Source: Mytilus trossulus (lineage: Eukaryota). Taken from it: a DNA stretch of 64,000 nucleotides. Within the stretch, counting starts at the first letter, position 1. The number at the start of each line of letters is the position of its first letter. A program made the position numbers and the translations under genes. Positions 63,201 to 64,000 of the stretch are shown piece by piece. A model generated the notes under the pieces. That model saw nothing but the letters and a program-made list of their open reading frames with translations. It did not search any database and was not told where the DNA came from. Location: contig NC_086379.1 in the NCBI RefSeq assembly GCF_036588685.1, positions 36,828,001-36,892,000 of the forward strand, given 5' to 3'.

Positions 63201-64000
63201 CCACAGAGAAAGTTAAATTGTCATAACAAAAATCCTGTCCTCTTTTTCACGATTGTGATATCTTTAAATATATTTATCACCGCCTAAGTGTGCACTTATT
63301 TGTCTTCAGGGCACATTTCGTGTATCTTTCACTCTGTCGTTTCAATTCCTCTTCGACTTGTATGGCTTTCCATCCTCGAGAACAATCGAAACCGAAAATT
63401 TCTAGGGTAATAGTAATAATTGCGAAAGTAAATTAATAAATAGAACAATGAATAAAACAAAGACAACGAATATTGTAACAACACACACAACAGCGTGATG
63501 AATATAGAATTTTTACCACAATATTACTATTTTAACCACAGTTTTGACTTATCATCCAATCAACCATAGATATAATAAGATGTTGTATCAGTGCCAATGA
63601 GACGACTCTCTCGCCCAAGACTCAATTTGTAAAAGTGAACCATTATCTGTCAAAGTACCGTCTTCAATACAGAGCATTGGCTCATATTTGTTTTCAATTC
63701 TATTATTGTAACGCATTTGTTTAGTTAATTGCTTCACAGTAGACAATAATATTATTAGGAAATCTTCAAAATATATATATATTTACAGTTAGTAAAAATA
63801 TCAATCTCCAAGTAACTTAGAATATGCCAGTTTACACAGAACCTTAATGATACAATATGACAGACAATGTATTATACCATGATTATAATATTTTACATTT
63901 TGATTAAAAAGTTAGCATAATTGTCATTTAAAAAAGGTGAAAGATAATGTAAAGCATAAACAACAAAATAAATTCACACAACTCCACTCTCTTCCAAAAA

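Noticed and set aside
60300-64000. Short ORFs at the right end
   Set aside because: No recognisable motifs or consistent exon structure; treated as intergenic.

Overview
AT-rich, intron-containing animal DNA; the repeat landscape (Helentron-type elements, MITEs, Penelope-like fragments) suggests a bivalve such as a mussel (inference). Almost none of the real host genes appear in the ORF track, so they were rebuilt by hand from splice signals. (1) 1-~5690 is one end of a Polinton/adintovirus-like endogenous virus with intact ORFs (major capsid, penton-like, fibre-like and membrane proteins), apparently inserted just after a splice donor of a host gene. (2) There are four LITAF/CDIP1-like genes, three on the minus strand and one on the plus strand, with progressively reduced proline-rich N-termini; one has a duplicated terminal exon. 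(3) A frameshifted TIR-BIR-BIR gene lies at ~35-36.6 kb. (4) A complete four-exon survivin (BIRC5) gene spans 47882-53205. In it, the 3' half of exon 3 and its 5' splice site are amplified about 31 times in mostly 63/69-bp units, creating a ladder of candidate alternative donors that could lengthen the coiled-coil helix. (5) An RT-deleted LINE sits inside a TIR element with a 4-bp TSD, alongside many MITEs, palindromes and minisatellites. All homology calls come from motif recognition by eye, not from database searches.
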